The notes below the pieces were generated by a model, which was not told the DNA's origin, ran no database searches, and saw only the letters and a program-made list of their open reading frames with translations. Shown here piece by piece: positions 17,501 through 26,016 of a DNA stretch of 33,848 nt. Within the stretch, counting starts at the first letter, position 1. Every line of letters starts with the position of its first letter. The translations under genes were made by a program, and so were the position numbers. Source of the stretch: an uncultured Ruminococcus sp. (lineage in GTDB: Bacteria > Bacillota > Clostridia > Oscillospirales > CAG-382); NCBI GenBank assembly GCA_964403645.1, contig CAYOGQ010000004.1, positions 1 to 33,848 on the forward strand, in the 5' to 3' direction.

Positions 17501-19660
17501 GTCAACGCTCTGATGTCCTATTATCAATCCGGATTTTACGGCGGAATCAACCGCAACACCCGTTTGAGTGATATATATTACTATAAAAACATTAGAAATG
17601 TTTACTTGGGCTACGGTAATGACGTCGATTACGCCGAGGAAAAAGATCTCACTCCCGCCGAGTCGGGCGACGCCGAAGAAGACGGTTCAAACAGCCAGAG
17701 CGCCCGGATAAGGGAAATTTTTGAGGATAACCCCGTGTTTATCGTCTGCTCGCTCGATTATAACGGCGAAGCCGTCGTGACCTTCACCATGCCCGACAAT
17801 ATCACCGAATGGCGCGTCACCGCCGTGGCGTTAAACGTGAGAGACGCCGGAAAATTTTCCGGTACCGAAGTCGGCAACTGCGTTTCCGACGTAATCTGCA
17901 CGCTCCCCTATTTTATAAATGTTTCCTCCAATACGCGGTATATCACCGGCGACGACATTTCGGTTTCGGCGCGCTCCTACGGCTCGTCGCTCACCTCGGT
18001 TAAACCAGTGACCTACTCCGCATTGCTGTATGACGACGAGGGAGCGCTTGTCGCGTTGTTTAACGTAAAGGAAAATTCCGACCGGTACGCTCGTTTCAAT
18101 TTCGGCAAATTGGAAAAGGGCTCCTACGCGGTGCAAATCACCGGCGACGTCGGAGGATACGGCGACGCGGTTAAAAAGTTTTTCACCGTGACGGAAACCG
18201 GCGTGCTTATGAACGTGACCAAGGATATATCCGTCGACGAAATCGCATCTCTCGAAGCGCAGGCTTATCCCGTCAACCTCTCCTTCCATGACGACACCTA
18301 CGACGAGCTTATTAACGTCGCAAGGCGTCTTATGTGGGGGTATTCCGAAAGGAGCGACACCCTCGCTTCGAACTTTGTCGGCGCCGCCGCGCTTCAAAAG
18401 CTTTTCGGCTGGGACTATTCCGAAAGCAACGCCAAAACGAAGCTTTCCTCCTACACGGGCTTTATCCCGTTGGTCTCCTACGGCGAAGGTAACGCGGAGC
18501 TGACCGCCAAAATCTGCGCGGTCGCGCCCGAAACGCTCACCGTCACCAAAAAAGCCGAGCTTGCCGAAAGGTTTGCCGACTATATTTCAAAAGCGGAATA
18601 TAAAGACGATGTCGGACTTTGCGCTGCGCTGCTCGGGCTTGCTTCGCTGGGCAGTCCTGTGCTCACCGACCTGACCTATGTCGCCGCCCACTGCGAGGAT
18701 TTCTCGGCCGAAGCCAAACTGTACCTCTGCGCGGCTTTCGGATATCTCGGCGACTTTTCCGCGGCAAAGGAAATTTACAACGCCCTGCGTGAAAAATACG
18801 CCGCGGAAGCCGACGGCGGAGAGCTGTATTTCAACGGCGGCGACACGGAAAAATCCATAAAACTAACCTCGCTCGCCCTGCTTTCGGCGTCTCTCGTATC
18901 TAAGCTCGACGCGGAAAAATTAGCGGCGTACCTGATGGAACGGACTTCATATATTGATCAATACCTGCTCGAGCTGGCGTCGTATGTGCGGTATTTCATG
19001 CCCACGGAGATAAAAACCTCGTCCTTCACCTACAAGATAGGCGAAAACGAGGAAAAGGAGATAACTCTCAAAGCGGGGAGCGTTTATATTCTCTCCCTTA
19101 CCAAAAAGGAATTTAAATCGTTTGCCGTGGTTTCCTCAGACGAAGCGGTTTCGGTGCGGGCGAACTACATGGGCACCGCGGAGGAGGCTGTCGGCGGCAA
19201 AGCGGAAAGCGCCGAGCTTTCTATCGACAAAACCATCGAGCCTTACGATTTGGAACGCGGGCTTTATATCGTAAAAATCAACTATTCCGGTAAAACCGAC
19301 AGAAATTACGCCTATTATACGCTCGCCGACTGCATACCCTCCGGCGCGAGGTACTTTTCGTCCGACGGCGGTTATAGCAATAATAACGCGAAGGATTATA
19401 ACGCTTACGCGTGGCTTTCCAACTCGGCGCAGATGATGAACGGCGGCATTTCGGTGTACAGGTACAACTCCGACCCCATGAAAGGGAACACCGTTTGCAG
19501 ATTTTCCGGTCAGATTAGTTATATCATAAGAGCGGCGGTCCAGGGTGAGTTTGTAATCGAAGCCGCCGTGGCCGTGGATACCAACAACAAAACGTTCGCC
19601 GTCTCCCAAAGAGGCAGGGCAGTAATTCAATCAGCAAAATGGTTGATTTATAAAGATTAA
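14525..19660 (+). CDS. alpha-2-macroglobulin-family lipoprotein with N-terminal bacterial Ig-like (SbsA/Big_5-type) domains; thioester motif absent
   Basis: 1711 aa. Lipoprotein signal MKNGYLKFLPRVLCLFLAALLLVSC with the lipobox Cys at residue 25. Two Ig-like modules (…YVTLSPAVGYTV…, …YITVSPAVDGYF…VTVGKGI). The MG-domain VDE-type motif is SVADEACFALGEQT. The A2M-domain signature FEDNPVF…TMPDNITEWRVTAVAL lies at nt 17792-17815. A helical TED-like region has LMWGYSERSD (nt 18332-18358) where GCxEQ is expected. Confidence 0.8.
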   Translation: MKNGYLKFLPRVLCLFLAALLLVSCGSGIIDESEDGASSAPEASTVDNLSDKKGFDLVGDAYVSDGLAKNLPTPLRKVGVTAAKAEGKLIAADESFIIQTDGDISANELTQYVTLSPAVGYTVAKLSANKFELTPAVNLASGKVYRLLVGDRDNPAYSFAFQTEAALTIKSVLPADEAFNVPVNAGIEIEFSDSVYGNDFGKYITVSPAVDGYFALYPDGKTVAFVPNRGLDANKIYIVTVGKGITCASGKTLEEERVFAFRTAPKKTENTQSAYFRMSSVDYTFRPGDYPVLYYYANNIQHTITADIYKYASVGEAVQAKKDYEAVGADYYFSGKTYLYPTDGLTKVTTFNKKVQNEDTFNNYLELPQLGGGIYLVNLTFDCVIKGEKQTCVKQALVQVTDLTIYTEGCEGSLLVWVNGSDGVVKDAAVKGECYSRRNFRISGNGGITFAKTESKTNADGICFMDNGKDDSVYLTVKSGADEAYACVYSGPKTESDRYFSYVYTDREVYFADDTVNFAGTIRPAASYTEIPEKLYLKTSWSGSAYEEIQVNVDGTFNGSLEIEGYSNRWIYLRFCDADGKLLFSKNITVTDQDKPVYKASLAFDKPFYSFGDTVTVTLTATFFDGTPAPYLTFDFCAVDFLNSKTLKTGADGTAVCSFKTYSKYTYSTYPFNIVVWAQLIGEETTSLYVSKSVMYFNTDIYFTSRRVDFNHSEIYLNKVDTSRITCAEDATYENSIGGPAEGGAVVNLIKCEFKKKYTGTTYDPITKKSVENYNYYTEKTVVKSYYAQFKDGVISLDHIQTEKGFEGYYMYEVTYHGAANGFDYTQSVYACKGEERDNNYYNYNGAPYYVLKTDGTEFSVGDEVGAWVEYGDKKYDGKVLYTVYSEGRFSYTLANEYSFRFDDSFVAGAALYATIFDREKGIITPWSVSLAYDYEANSSLNITVETDKDAYKPGETVTAKIKASSLIGTAADATIILSVADEACFALGEQTVNALMSYYQSGFYGGINRNTRLSDIYYYKNIRNVYLGYGNDVDYAEEKDLTPAESGDAEEDGSNSQSARIREIFEDNPVFIVCSLDYNGEAVVTFTMPDNITEWRVTAVALNVRDAGKFSGTEVGNCVSDVICTLPYFINVSSNTRYITGDDISVSARSYGSSLTSVKPVTYSALLYDDEGALVALFNVKENSDRYARFNFGKLEKGSYAVQITGDVGGYGDAVKKFFTVTETGVLMNVTKDISVDEIASLEAQAYPVNLSFHDDTYDELINVARRLMWGYSERSDTLASNFVGAAALQKLFGWDYSESNAKTKLSSYTGFIPLVSYGEGNAELTAKICAVAPETLTVTKKAELAERFADYISKAEYKDDVGLCAALLGLASLGSPVLTDLTYVAAHCEDFSAEAKLYLCAAFGYLGDFSAAKEIYNALREKYAAEADGGELYFNGGDTEKSIKLTSLALLSASLVSKLDAEKLAAYLMERTSYIDQYLLELASYVRYFMPTEIKTSSFTYKIGENEEKEITLKAGSVYILSLTKKEFKSFAVVSSDEAVSVRANYMGTAEEAVGGKAESAELSIDKTIEPYDLERGLYIVKINYSGKTDRNYAYYTLADCIPSGARYFSSDGGYSNNNAKDYNAYAWLSNSAQMMNGGISVYRYNSDPMKGNTVCRFSGQISYIIRAAVQGEFVIEAAVAVDTNNKTFAVSQRGRAVIQSAKWLIYKD

Positions 19661-19731
19661 GGCGTCTGCCCGCATAACATTTTACACTGACGTTTGCCTG
19701 CATACACTTCTTTGTTTTCCTGTTGTTTCCT

Positions 19732-19778
19732 CGACAAAAGCCGCTTATGCGGCTTTTGTCGTTATTTTTTGTGTTTTT
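19732..19778 (+). terminator. rho-independent terminator after the A2M-like gene
   Basis: 13-bp perfect stem CGACAAAAGCCGC (19732-19744) / GCGGCTTTTGTCG (19749-19761) with a TTAT loop, followed by TTATTTTTTGTGTTTTT. Confidence 0.85.
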
Positions 19779-19802
19779 GGGTCAATAATATATAATTGAA
19801 TG

Positions 19803-20951
19803 TTATTTCATATACGGCGTCATTTTAAGCGGATTGTATTTGCCGCTTTCGCCGGACGCGAGAGAGAACACCCGGTCCGCTCTCAGCGAAAACTCAAAGC
19901 CGCGTTTTACCGCCCCTCCCGAAAACGCGTAGTCCGCGGGCTTGGTTATCACCGGGAGCGTAAAACTTTTCTTGTTTTGCGAAAGGTATGCCCTGCCCCT
20001 CGCGTCTGCGGCGAGTACCAGCGCGTAAGAGGGCTTTGCGAAGCCGCTTCCCCGGCTTAAACCGTATTCTCTGCCCACTCCCATCAATATGCAAAGCAGC
20101 GTGCGGCGGACTCGCGCGGCGGTCAGCCCGGGCGACACGCTTTTTTCGCAAAGCTCCTTTGTGCTGGACGAAACGAGCGAAGCCGAATAAATTTTTTTAA
20201 TGACCCCGGCGTCCGTCCCGTAATAATCCCCCCCGCCTTCCGAAAGGCGGATTGCGGCGAGTAACGCCGTGTCGAGCTTCGCGCCGTCCCAGATGACATC
20301 TTTACATAACGAACACCGCGTTGCCTCCGGAAGCAGGGCAAGCCCCGCCTCGGTGTCCGCGTACAGTATTTTCCGTATCTCCAAGGACGAGGAAAACCCC
20401 TTTTCCCGCCTGATAAACACGCTTTTGATACCGCATCCCTGCGCTTTTATCGCGTTTAAGTATTCCGCGGCGAGGATATTGTTGGGTTTTTCAATAAGCG
20501 CGGCTTTTTCACCGAACTCCGCCCTTAATATTTCTTTGGCGGCTTTGGGGTAGGAGAGCATGGGACGCTGTTTGATATAATTTTTTATCTTTTCCCTGTC
20601 ATATAGCAAATCCGCCGCCGCTGTAATTTCTCCGCTTTCGGATTCCGCGCCGAACGCCAAATGCGTTCCGCCCAGTGCGTTTGCCAAAAATACCCCGGAA
20701 TAGGCGAAATCCGCCGCGGAAAGGCTGCAAAAAGGGAAAGGCAGCTCGACAACCAGACTGACGCCGTTATCGACGGCGGTCCGGGCGCGCAGATATTTTT
20801 CGGCGCAGGCAACCTCGCCCCGCTGTACGGAATTGCCCGACATGACGCTTATGATTGTCCCGAAATCGCGCCGGAGGGTGTCGATTAGGTATTTATGTCC
20901 GTGATGGAAAGGGTTGAATTCGGATATCACAAATACTGCGCCTGTTTCCAT
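19803..20951 (-). CDS. tmcAL: tRNA(Met) cytidine acetate ligase (YlbM/UPF0348 nucleotidyltransferase family)
   Basis: 382 aa. The N-terminus VFVISEFNPFHHGHKYLIDTLR (HxGH nucleotidyltransferase motif), then MSGNSVQRGE and ...NILAAEYLNAI, match the YlbM/TmcAL family as I know it. Confidence 0.8.
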   Translation of the reverse strand: METGAVFVISEFNPFHHGHKYLIDTLRRDFGTIISVMSGNSVQRGEVACAEKYLRARTAVDNGVSLVVELPFPFCSLSAADFAYSGVFLANALGGTHLAFGAESESGEITAAADLLYDREKIKNYIKQRPMLSYPKAAKEILRAEFGEKAALIEKPNNILAAEYLNAIKAQGCGIKSVFIRREKGFSSSLEIRKILYADTEAGLALLPEATRCSLCKDVIWDGAKLDTALLAAIRLSEGGGDYYGTDAGVIKKIYSASLVSSSTKELCEKSVSPGLTAARVRRTLLCILMGVGREYGLSRGSGFAKPSYALVLAADARGRAYLSQNKKSFTLPVITKPADYAFSGGAVKRGFEFSLRADRVFSLASGESGKYNPLKMTPYMK

Positions 20952-21015
20952 ATATCCTCCGAAGGTTTTATAAAAACATATAATTCATGCAAATAAATTA
21001 AAAAGTCAAAAAAAC

Positions 21016-21044
21016 TTGCATTTTTGCCATATATGAAGTATAAT
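21016..21044 (+). promoter_or_regulatory. sigma-A promoter of ackA
   Basis: -35 TTGCAT (21016-21021), an exact 17-nt spacer, consensus -10 TATAAT (21039-21044). Lies ~85-95 nt upstream of the ackA start. Confidence 0.6.
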
Positions 21045-21127
21045 ATCCAGGGCTTGAAAAGTCAAGGAAATATTTGACAATTATCCTCGGATAAAAAGTC
21101 TGTATTTTTAAAATAAATATTAAAGGA

Positions 21128-22348
21128 ATGGTCAACAAAATGTATATTCTCGTCGTCAACGCGGGAAGCTCGTCGCTTAAATACCAGCTTTTCGATATGG
21201 ACGCCAAAAAAGCTGTGGCAAAAGGGAATTGTGAACGCATCGGCATCGCCGGGGGCAAGATGCGGCACGAGGCGTTTGGGCGGCGGCACGAAGCCGAAAC
21301 CGATATCCCCACCCACTCCGAGGCCATGAAAATGGTGGTGGACGCGCTCCTTAACAAAGATTACGGCTGCCTTGCTTCCATGGACCAGATTTCCGCAGTG
21401 GGGCATCGCATAGTCCAGGGGGGGCCGTGGCTTCTCGATTCGGTACTGGTCGACGACGATGTTTTGAAAAAGCTCGAACGCTGCAAGGATATCGCGCCGC
21501 TCCACACAGAACCGCACCTGTTGGGGATACGCGCCTGCATGGCCGCCATGCCCGGCACGCCGCAGGTTTTGGTCATCGACACCGCGTTTCACCAGACAAT
21601 GCCCCAAAAGGCGTATATGTACCCCATACCTTATGAGCTTTACGAAAAATACTCCATCCGCCGATACGGCTTTCACGGCACCAGCCACAGATATGTTTCG
21701 GGCAAGTGTATCGAATACCTCGGCGGCAGGGCGGAAGGCACCAAAATAATCACCTGCCACCTCGGGAACGGCTCCTCCATAACCGCCGTAAAGGACGGAA
21801 AGGTCATCGACACCAGCATGGGTTTTACCCCCCTCGACGGTATAATCATGGGTTCGCGCTGCGGCGGCGTCGATCCCGCGATAATTCCCTATATCATGGA
21901 AAAAGAAAACATCGCCCCCAAGGATATGCAAAACTGGATGAACAAAAAATGCGGGCTGCTCGGCGTTTCGGGCGTGTCGTCCGACCTGCGCGAGCTGATG
22001 GCGGCAAAAAACGCGGGCAACGAACGCGCCGCCCTGGCGTACGATATCCTCATTTACGACATTAAAAAGTTTATCGGCGCGTATTCCGCATCTCTCGGCG
22101 GCGTGGACGCCATAGTATTCACCGCCGGGATAGGTGAAAATAACCCCATAGTAAGAGCGGATGTCTGCTCCGATATGGAATATTTGGGCATAAAGATAGA
22201 CAACGAAAAAAATGAGATCGGTAAAAAACTGCCCGAACCGGCGTTAATATCCACACCCGATTCCAAAGTCAAGGTGTATGTCATAATGACCGACGAGGAG
22301 CTTGTGATAGCCTTGGATACGAAGAAGATTATATTGGGACAAAAATAA
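21128..22348 (+). CDS. ackA: acetate kinase
   Basis: 406 aa. (MVNK)MYILVVNAGSSSLKYQLFDM, GHRIVQGG, YGFHGTSH, ITCHLGNGSSI and FTAGIGEN are the canonical AckA blocks. The start may be the second ATG at 21140, 12 nt after AAAGGA. Confidence 0.95.
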   Translation: MVNKMYILVVNAGSSSLKYQLFDMDAKKAVAKGNCERIGIAGGKMRHEAFGRRHEAETDIPTHSEAMKMVVDALLNKDYGCLASMDQISAVGHRIVQGGPWLLDSVLVDDDVLKKLERCKDIAPLHTEPHLLGIRACMAAMPGTPQVLVIDTAFHQTMPQKAYMYPIPYELYEKYSIRRYGFHGTSHRYVSGKCIEYLGGRAEGTKIITCHLGNGSSITAVKDGKVIDTSMGFTPLDGIIMGSRCGGVDPAIIPYIMEKENIAPKDMQNWMNKKCGLLGVSGVSSDLRELMAAKNAGNERAALAYDILIYDIKKFIGAYSASLGGVDAIVFTAGIGENNPIVRADVCSDMEYLGIKIDNEKNEIGKKLPEPALISTPDSKVKVYVIMTDEELVIALDTKKIILGQK

Positions 22349-22360
22349 ACTATTAAAATG

Positions 22361-22399
22361 AGAACCGGTGCGTAACGTTGCGCCGGTTTTCATTATTTT
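22361..22399. terminator. hairpin terminator shared by the convergent ackA and beta-helix lipoprotein genes
   Basis: Stem AACCGGTGCG (22363-22372) / TGCGCCGGTT (22379-22388), with two G-U pairs. It is followed by TTCATTATTTT on the plus strand and by CTCATTTTAAT on the minus strand. Confidence 0.65.
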
Positions 22400-22417
22400 G
22401 TCATTAAATAATTTAAA

Positions 22418-24142
22418 TTACCTTCTGCCCGATCCAACCGTGGTTATTATCGACGAAATCGTAAACGAGGTTGGGATACCTCCGACCGAATAGACATAAG
22501 TCCCCGTTTTAAGCTCCGGGCAGCATACCACCACCGATCCGCAGTCTTTCGCCGGGATATAGGTGACGATTACGTTGCCCGCGTTGTCTTTCAGCTCGAA
22601 AACATTCCCCGCGTTCACAAAAGTATAGATGCTGACGCTGTACTGGGTGGACGAGGAAGAAGGCGTCATTGCCGTCACGGAGGAGCCGCCCGCGATAAAC
22701 AGCCCGCCTGTCATCGCAAAGGCGTTCCCGTAATCCGCCGCACCGTCGTCACCGGATGCCGTCCCGTCGATTGTCAGCTTCCCGCCCGACATAACAATTT
22801 TATTGTCGGAATAAAAACCGTCGCCGGAGGAATTTAAATAAATATCCCCGCCCGTTATCTCAATATACGCTTCGGATATCACCCCCGAGCCGCCCGCTTG
22901 CCCGTCGGCGGAATTTATGCCGTCGCCGGACGCGAAGACATCGATATCCCCGCCTTTTATATAAATTTTAAGCGCTTCCAGTCCCTTGTACGACTTTTTT
23001 ATTTTTATTGTACCGTCGCTTATCGTCAAAAGCGCCCCCGCGCGGATACCGTCGCCGCCGGTCGAAACCGTCATATCCCCGCCTGCGACGACAATCTCGT
23101 TATCGGAATACAGCCCGTCGTCGTTTGCATCGACATTATAGGTCCCGCCGGAAATAAAGACGCCGTTTAACGCTTTTATACCCTTTTGCGACACGGTCGA
23201 AGCTTTGGAAGCGACGCCGCCCGGTTTTATCGTCACGTCCGAACCGGACGCGTATACGGACTCGTCGGAGGCTATCCCGTCGCCCGCGGCGGTCACGTTC
23301 AAAACCCCGCCGTTCAATATGATTTTACCGTATGCCTGGACGCCGTCGTCGCCCGCCGCTACGGTGACGATGCCGCCGTCGAGCCGGACCGCCCCGCCGT
23401 CGGACTTGATGCCGTCGCCCTCGGCATCGACGTTGATTATCCCGCCGCTCACCGCGACATCTTTGCCTTTTAAACCGCTATTTACCGACGTTACGCCGAT
23501 GCTCCCGCCGGTTATTTTCAAATTTTTTTTGGATTGTATGCCGTTTTTGAAATTACCGATCACCGTAAGGGTACCGCCGCCGTTAACGGTGAGGTCGTCT
23601 TTTGCGAATATACAGGCGGAAGGCTCGTCCGCGTCACCGCCGAGCGTATAATCCGCCGGGTCGGCGAAGGAGTTGAAACTCCCTTCCGCGAGAATAAGCT
23701 CGATATCCCCGTTTTTGCAGTACAGAGGGGACGAACGGGAGCAGTTCACCGCGGCGCCGTCGAGTGCCAGCCGCACCGTGCCGCCCGCGCAGTCGACGAC
23801 AATTTGCCCGTCGGATAGGCTTCCGCGCAGGATATAACAGCCGGATTCGGTTATGGTAATAATATCGCCGTTGACGGTCAAGCCGTTTCCCGCGGCTACG
23901 GACGAACCGCTTTGTGCGGTCGTGGCACCGTCGGCGAGCGTCAGCGTAACGCATTCGCCCTCTTCGTATCCGGAATTTATGTCCTTTTCTTTATACTCGG
24001 TCCCTGCGGCGGATTTGATTGTTTCCTGCGAAGAATTACCCTCCCCGGCCGAAACCCCGCCACTCGGCGCGGCGGGGAAGCAGGCGACAAGCGTTGAGAG
24101 CGTCAGGCAGGCGAGGATGAGCGCCGTCTTGCAAAAACCCAT
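22418..24142 (-). CDS. secreted lipoprotein with a Cthe_2159-like right-handed beta-helix (carbohydrate-binding domain family)
   Basis: 574 aa. Signal peptide with lipobox LVAC (Cys21). About eight copies of a G-D-G-I/D-D-G coil motif at ~22-45-aa intervals (AEGDGIKSDGG, AGDDGVQAYG, AAGDGIASDES, ANDDGLYSDN, TGGDGIRAG, ASGDGINSADG, SSGDGFYSDN, ASGDDGAADYG). AAAGGATGG RBS. Confidence 0.65.
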   Translation of the reverse strand: MGFCKTALILACLTLSTLVACFPAAPSGGVSAGEGNSSQETIKSAAGTEYKEKDINSGYEEGECVTLTLADGATTAQSGSSVAAGNGLTVNGDIITITESGCYILRGSLSDGQIVVDCAGGTVRLALDGAAVNCSRSSPLYCKNGDIELILAEGSFNSFADPADYTLGGDADEPSACIFAKDDLTVNGGGTLTVIGNFKNGIQSKKNLKITGGSIGVTSVNSGLKGKDVAVSGGIINVDAEGDGIKSDGGAVRLDGGIVTVAAGDDGVQAYGKIILNGGVLNVTAAGDGIASDESVYASGSDVTIKPGGVASKASTVSQKGIKALNGVFISGGTYNVDANDDGLYSDNEIVVAGGDMTVSTGGDGIRAGALLTISDGTIKIKKSYKGLEALKIYIKGGDIDVFASGDGINSADGQAGGSGVISEAYIEITGGDIYLNSSGDGFYSDNKIVMSGGKLTIDGTASGDDGAADYGNAFAMTGGLFIAGGSSVTAMTPSSSSTQYSVSIYTFVNAGNVFELKDNAGNVIVTYIPAKDCGSVVVCCPELKTGTYVYSVGGIPTSFTISSIITTVGSGRR

Positions 24143-24314
24143 ACGTAACCATCCTTTCGGCGGCGGCTGACGGATATTTGCGTTTTTAATAAAGCATCCG
24201 CCGCTTTTATATTATGTTATCAATATAGCGGGCAGCTTTTAACCATTGTTAATGATTTTTTACCCGCGATTTATGAATATAAATGTAAATTTTATAAAAA
24301 TTAATTTATTTGAC

Positions 24315-24343
24315 TTTACAGTAAGTTTTTGCCGTAGTATAAT
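24315..24343 (+). promoter_or_regulatory. candidate sigma-A promoter of rny
   Basis: -35 TTTACA (24315-24320), a 17-nt spacer, consensus -10 TATAAT (24338-24343), inside a 323-bp AT-rich spacer. This would give a leader of ~115 nt before the AAGGAGGA RBS (24447-24454). Confidence 0.5.
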
Positions 24344-24465
24344 ACCTTAATATCGGTGTTGTCCGCTTTCATTTTATGTACTTGTATATAGATTGCCGTT
24401 TGCATATATGTTTTATACCAAAGCGGAGGACATGGATTTAATATAAAAGGAGGATTCAAAAATCT

Positions 24466-26016
24466 ATGGGTCTCGTGGGATACCTGATTGTTTCGGCAAT
24501 CGTCGTCGCCGTGGGGTTGACGGCGTTTTACGCCGGAATTGTTTTCAGAAAAAAAATAGCGGAAAAAACTATAAAGTCCGCGGAGGTCGAGGCTAAGCGC
24601 CTTGTGAGCGAAGCCGAAAAATCGGCCGAAACCAAAAAGAAAGAAGCGCTGCTTGAAATAAAAGAAGAAGCGTTAAAAATCAAAAACGAAAACGAAAGGG
24701 AGTTTAGGGAGAGAAGAAACGACATACAGCGTCTGGAAAAGCGCGTGAACCAAAAGGAAGAGCACCTCGACCAAAAAATCGAATCACTCGATAAAAAAGA
24801 GGACCAGCTCAACGAAAAGTTGAAACAGAACGACGCTATCAGAGCGGAAATAGAAAGCATTAAGGACAAGCAGTTTGCTGAATTGCAAAAAATAGCATCT
24901 CTTTCGCAGGAAGACGCCAAAGCCGAGCTGCTGCGCCGAGTCGAAGACGAAACCCGGCACGAGATGGCGCAAAAACTGTCTGAAATTGAGAAAGAATACA
25001 AGGAAAACGCCGAGGAAAAGGCGAAGGAGATTATCACGACGGCGATACAGCGCTGCGCTTCCGACAGCGTGGCGGAAGCCACTGTCTCAGTGGTCGATCT
25101 TCCCAACGACGAGATGAAGGGCCGCATCATCGGGCGCGAGGGGCGCAACATACGCTCTATCGAGACGCTCACGGGCGTCGATCTCATCATCGACGATACC
25201 CCGGAAGCCATAACCATATCCACTTTCGATCCGATAAGGCGCGAGGTGGCTCGGCTGACGCTCGAAAAGCTCATCTCCGACGGGCGTATCCACCCTTCGA
25301 GAATCGAGGAAATGGTCGAAAAGTCCAAGAAAGAAGTGGAAGCGGTCATCAAGCGCGAGGGCGAACAGGCCACTTTCGAAACCGGCGTCCACGGCATCAA
25401 CCACGAGATGGTCAGGCTGCTCGGCAGGTTGAGATTCCGCACCAGCTACGGTCAGAACGTTTTGAAACATTCCGTCGAGGTCGCCCAGATTTCGGGCATG
25501 ATCGCCAGCGAGCTGGGGCTTGACGCCAATCTCGCCAAGCGCGCGGGGCTGCTCCACGACATAGGCAAAGCTATGACCCACGAAGTGGACGGCAGCCATG
25601 TCGCCATAGGCGTGGATATCGCCAAAAAATACAAGGAAAACAAGGAGGTCATCCACGCCATAGAATCCCACCACGGCGACGTGGAACCCTCCACATATAT
25701 CGCGGTCATCGTTCAGGCGGCGGACGCCATTTCAGCGGCGCGTCCCGGGGCAAGGCGTGAAAATCTCGAAAACTATATCAAGCGTTTGCAAAAGCTGGAG
25801 GAAATCGCCAATTCCTTCGAGGGTATCGAAAAATCCTTCGCCATCCAGGCGGGGCGCGAAATACGCATCATGGTCAAGCCGGAGGAGGTCAGCGACGACA
25901 ACATGGTCTTCCTCGCCAGGGACGTTTCCAAAAAGATCGAATCCGAACTGGAATACCCCGGGCAGATAAAAATCCACATCATACGCGAGACCAGGGCGTT
26001 TGAATATGCGAAATAA
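24466..26016 (+). CDS. rny: ribonuclease Y
   Basis: 516 aa. An N-terminal TM helix ([21 protein letters not shown]) and a Lys/Glu coiled-coil are followed by a KH domain ([26 protein letters not shown]) and an HD domain (HSVEVAQ...LLHDIGKA). Confidence 0.95.
   Translation: MGLVGYLIVSAIVVAVGLTAFYAGIVFRKKIAEKTIKSAEVEAKRLVSEAEKSAETKKKEALLEIKEEALKIKNENEREFRERRNDIQRLEKRVNQKEEHLDQKIESLDKKEDQLNEKLKQNDAIRAEIESIKDKQFAELQKIASLSQEDAKAELLRRVEDETRHEMAQKLSEIEKEYKENAEEKAKEIITTAIQRCASDSVAEATVSVVDLPNDEMKGRIIGREGRNIRSIETLTGVDLIIDDTPEAITISTFDPIRREVARLTLEKLISDGRIHPSRIEEMVEKSKKEVEAVIKREGEQATFETGVHGINHEMVRLLGRLRFRTSYGQNVLKHSVEVAQISGMIASELGLDANLAKRAGLLHDIGKAMTHEVDGSHVAIGVDIAKKYKENKEVIHAIESHHGDVEPSTYIAVIVQAADAISAARPGARRENLENYIKRLQKLEEIANSFEGIEKSFAIQAGREIRIMVKPEEVSDDNMVFLARDVSKKIESELEYPGQIKIHIIRETRAFEYAK

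Noticed and set aside
15035-18397. Minus-strand ORFs 15035-15721, 16673-17005 and 17831-18397 inside the A2M-like gene
   Set aside because: They are embedded in a continuous 5.1-kb plus-strand ORF that has a signal peptide and A2M motifs. Their composition is typical of antisense frames.
21062-21931. 289-aa minus-strand ORF overlapping ackA and its promoter
   Set aside because: The AckA blocks on the plus strand are unambiguous. The antisense frame is an open-frame artefact of a GC-rich coding region.
24310-24343. TTGACT (24310-24315) as the -35 element of rny
   Set aside because: Its spacing to the TATAAT at 24338-24343 is 22 nt, which is too long. The overlapping TTTACA at 24315-24320 gives the canonical 17-nt spacer and is reported instead.
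24362-24446. Long-range pairing (24362-24369 with 24420-24427) and a 4-codon mini-ORF ATGGATTTAATATAA (24432-24446) in the rny leader
   Set aside because: The stem is only 8 bp and encloses a 50-nt AT-rich loop. The mini-ORF's GGAGGA is only 1 nt from its ATG, too close for initiation. There is not enough evidence for a regulatory leader peptide.
24528-25442. 304-aa minus-strand Ser-rich ORF antisense to rny
   Set aside because: It is the reverse frame of the Lys/Glu-rich (purine-rich) RNase Y coiled-coil. That composition automatically yields a stop-free Ser/Phe/Leu-rich antisense frame.
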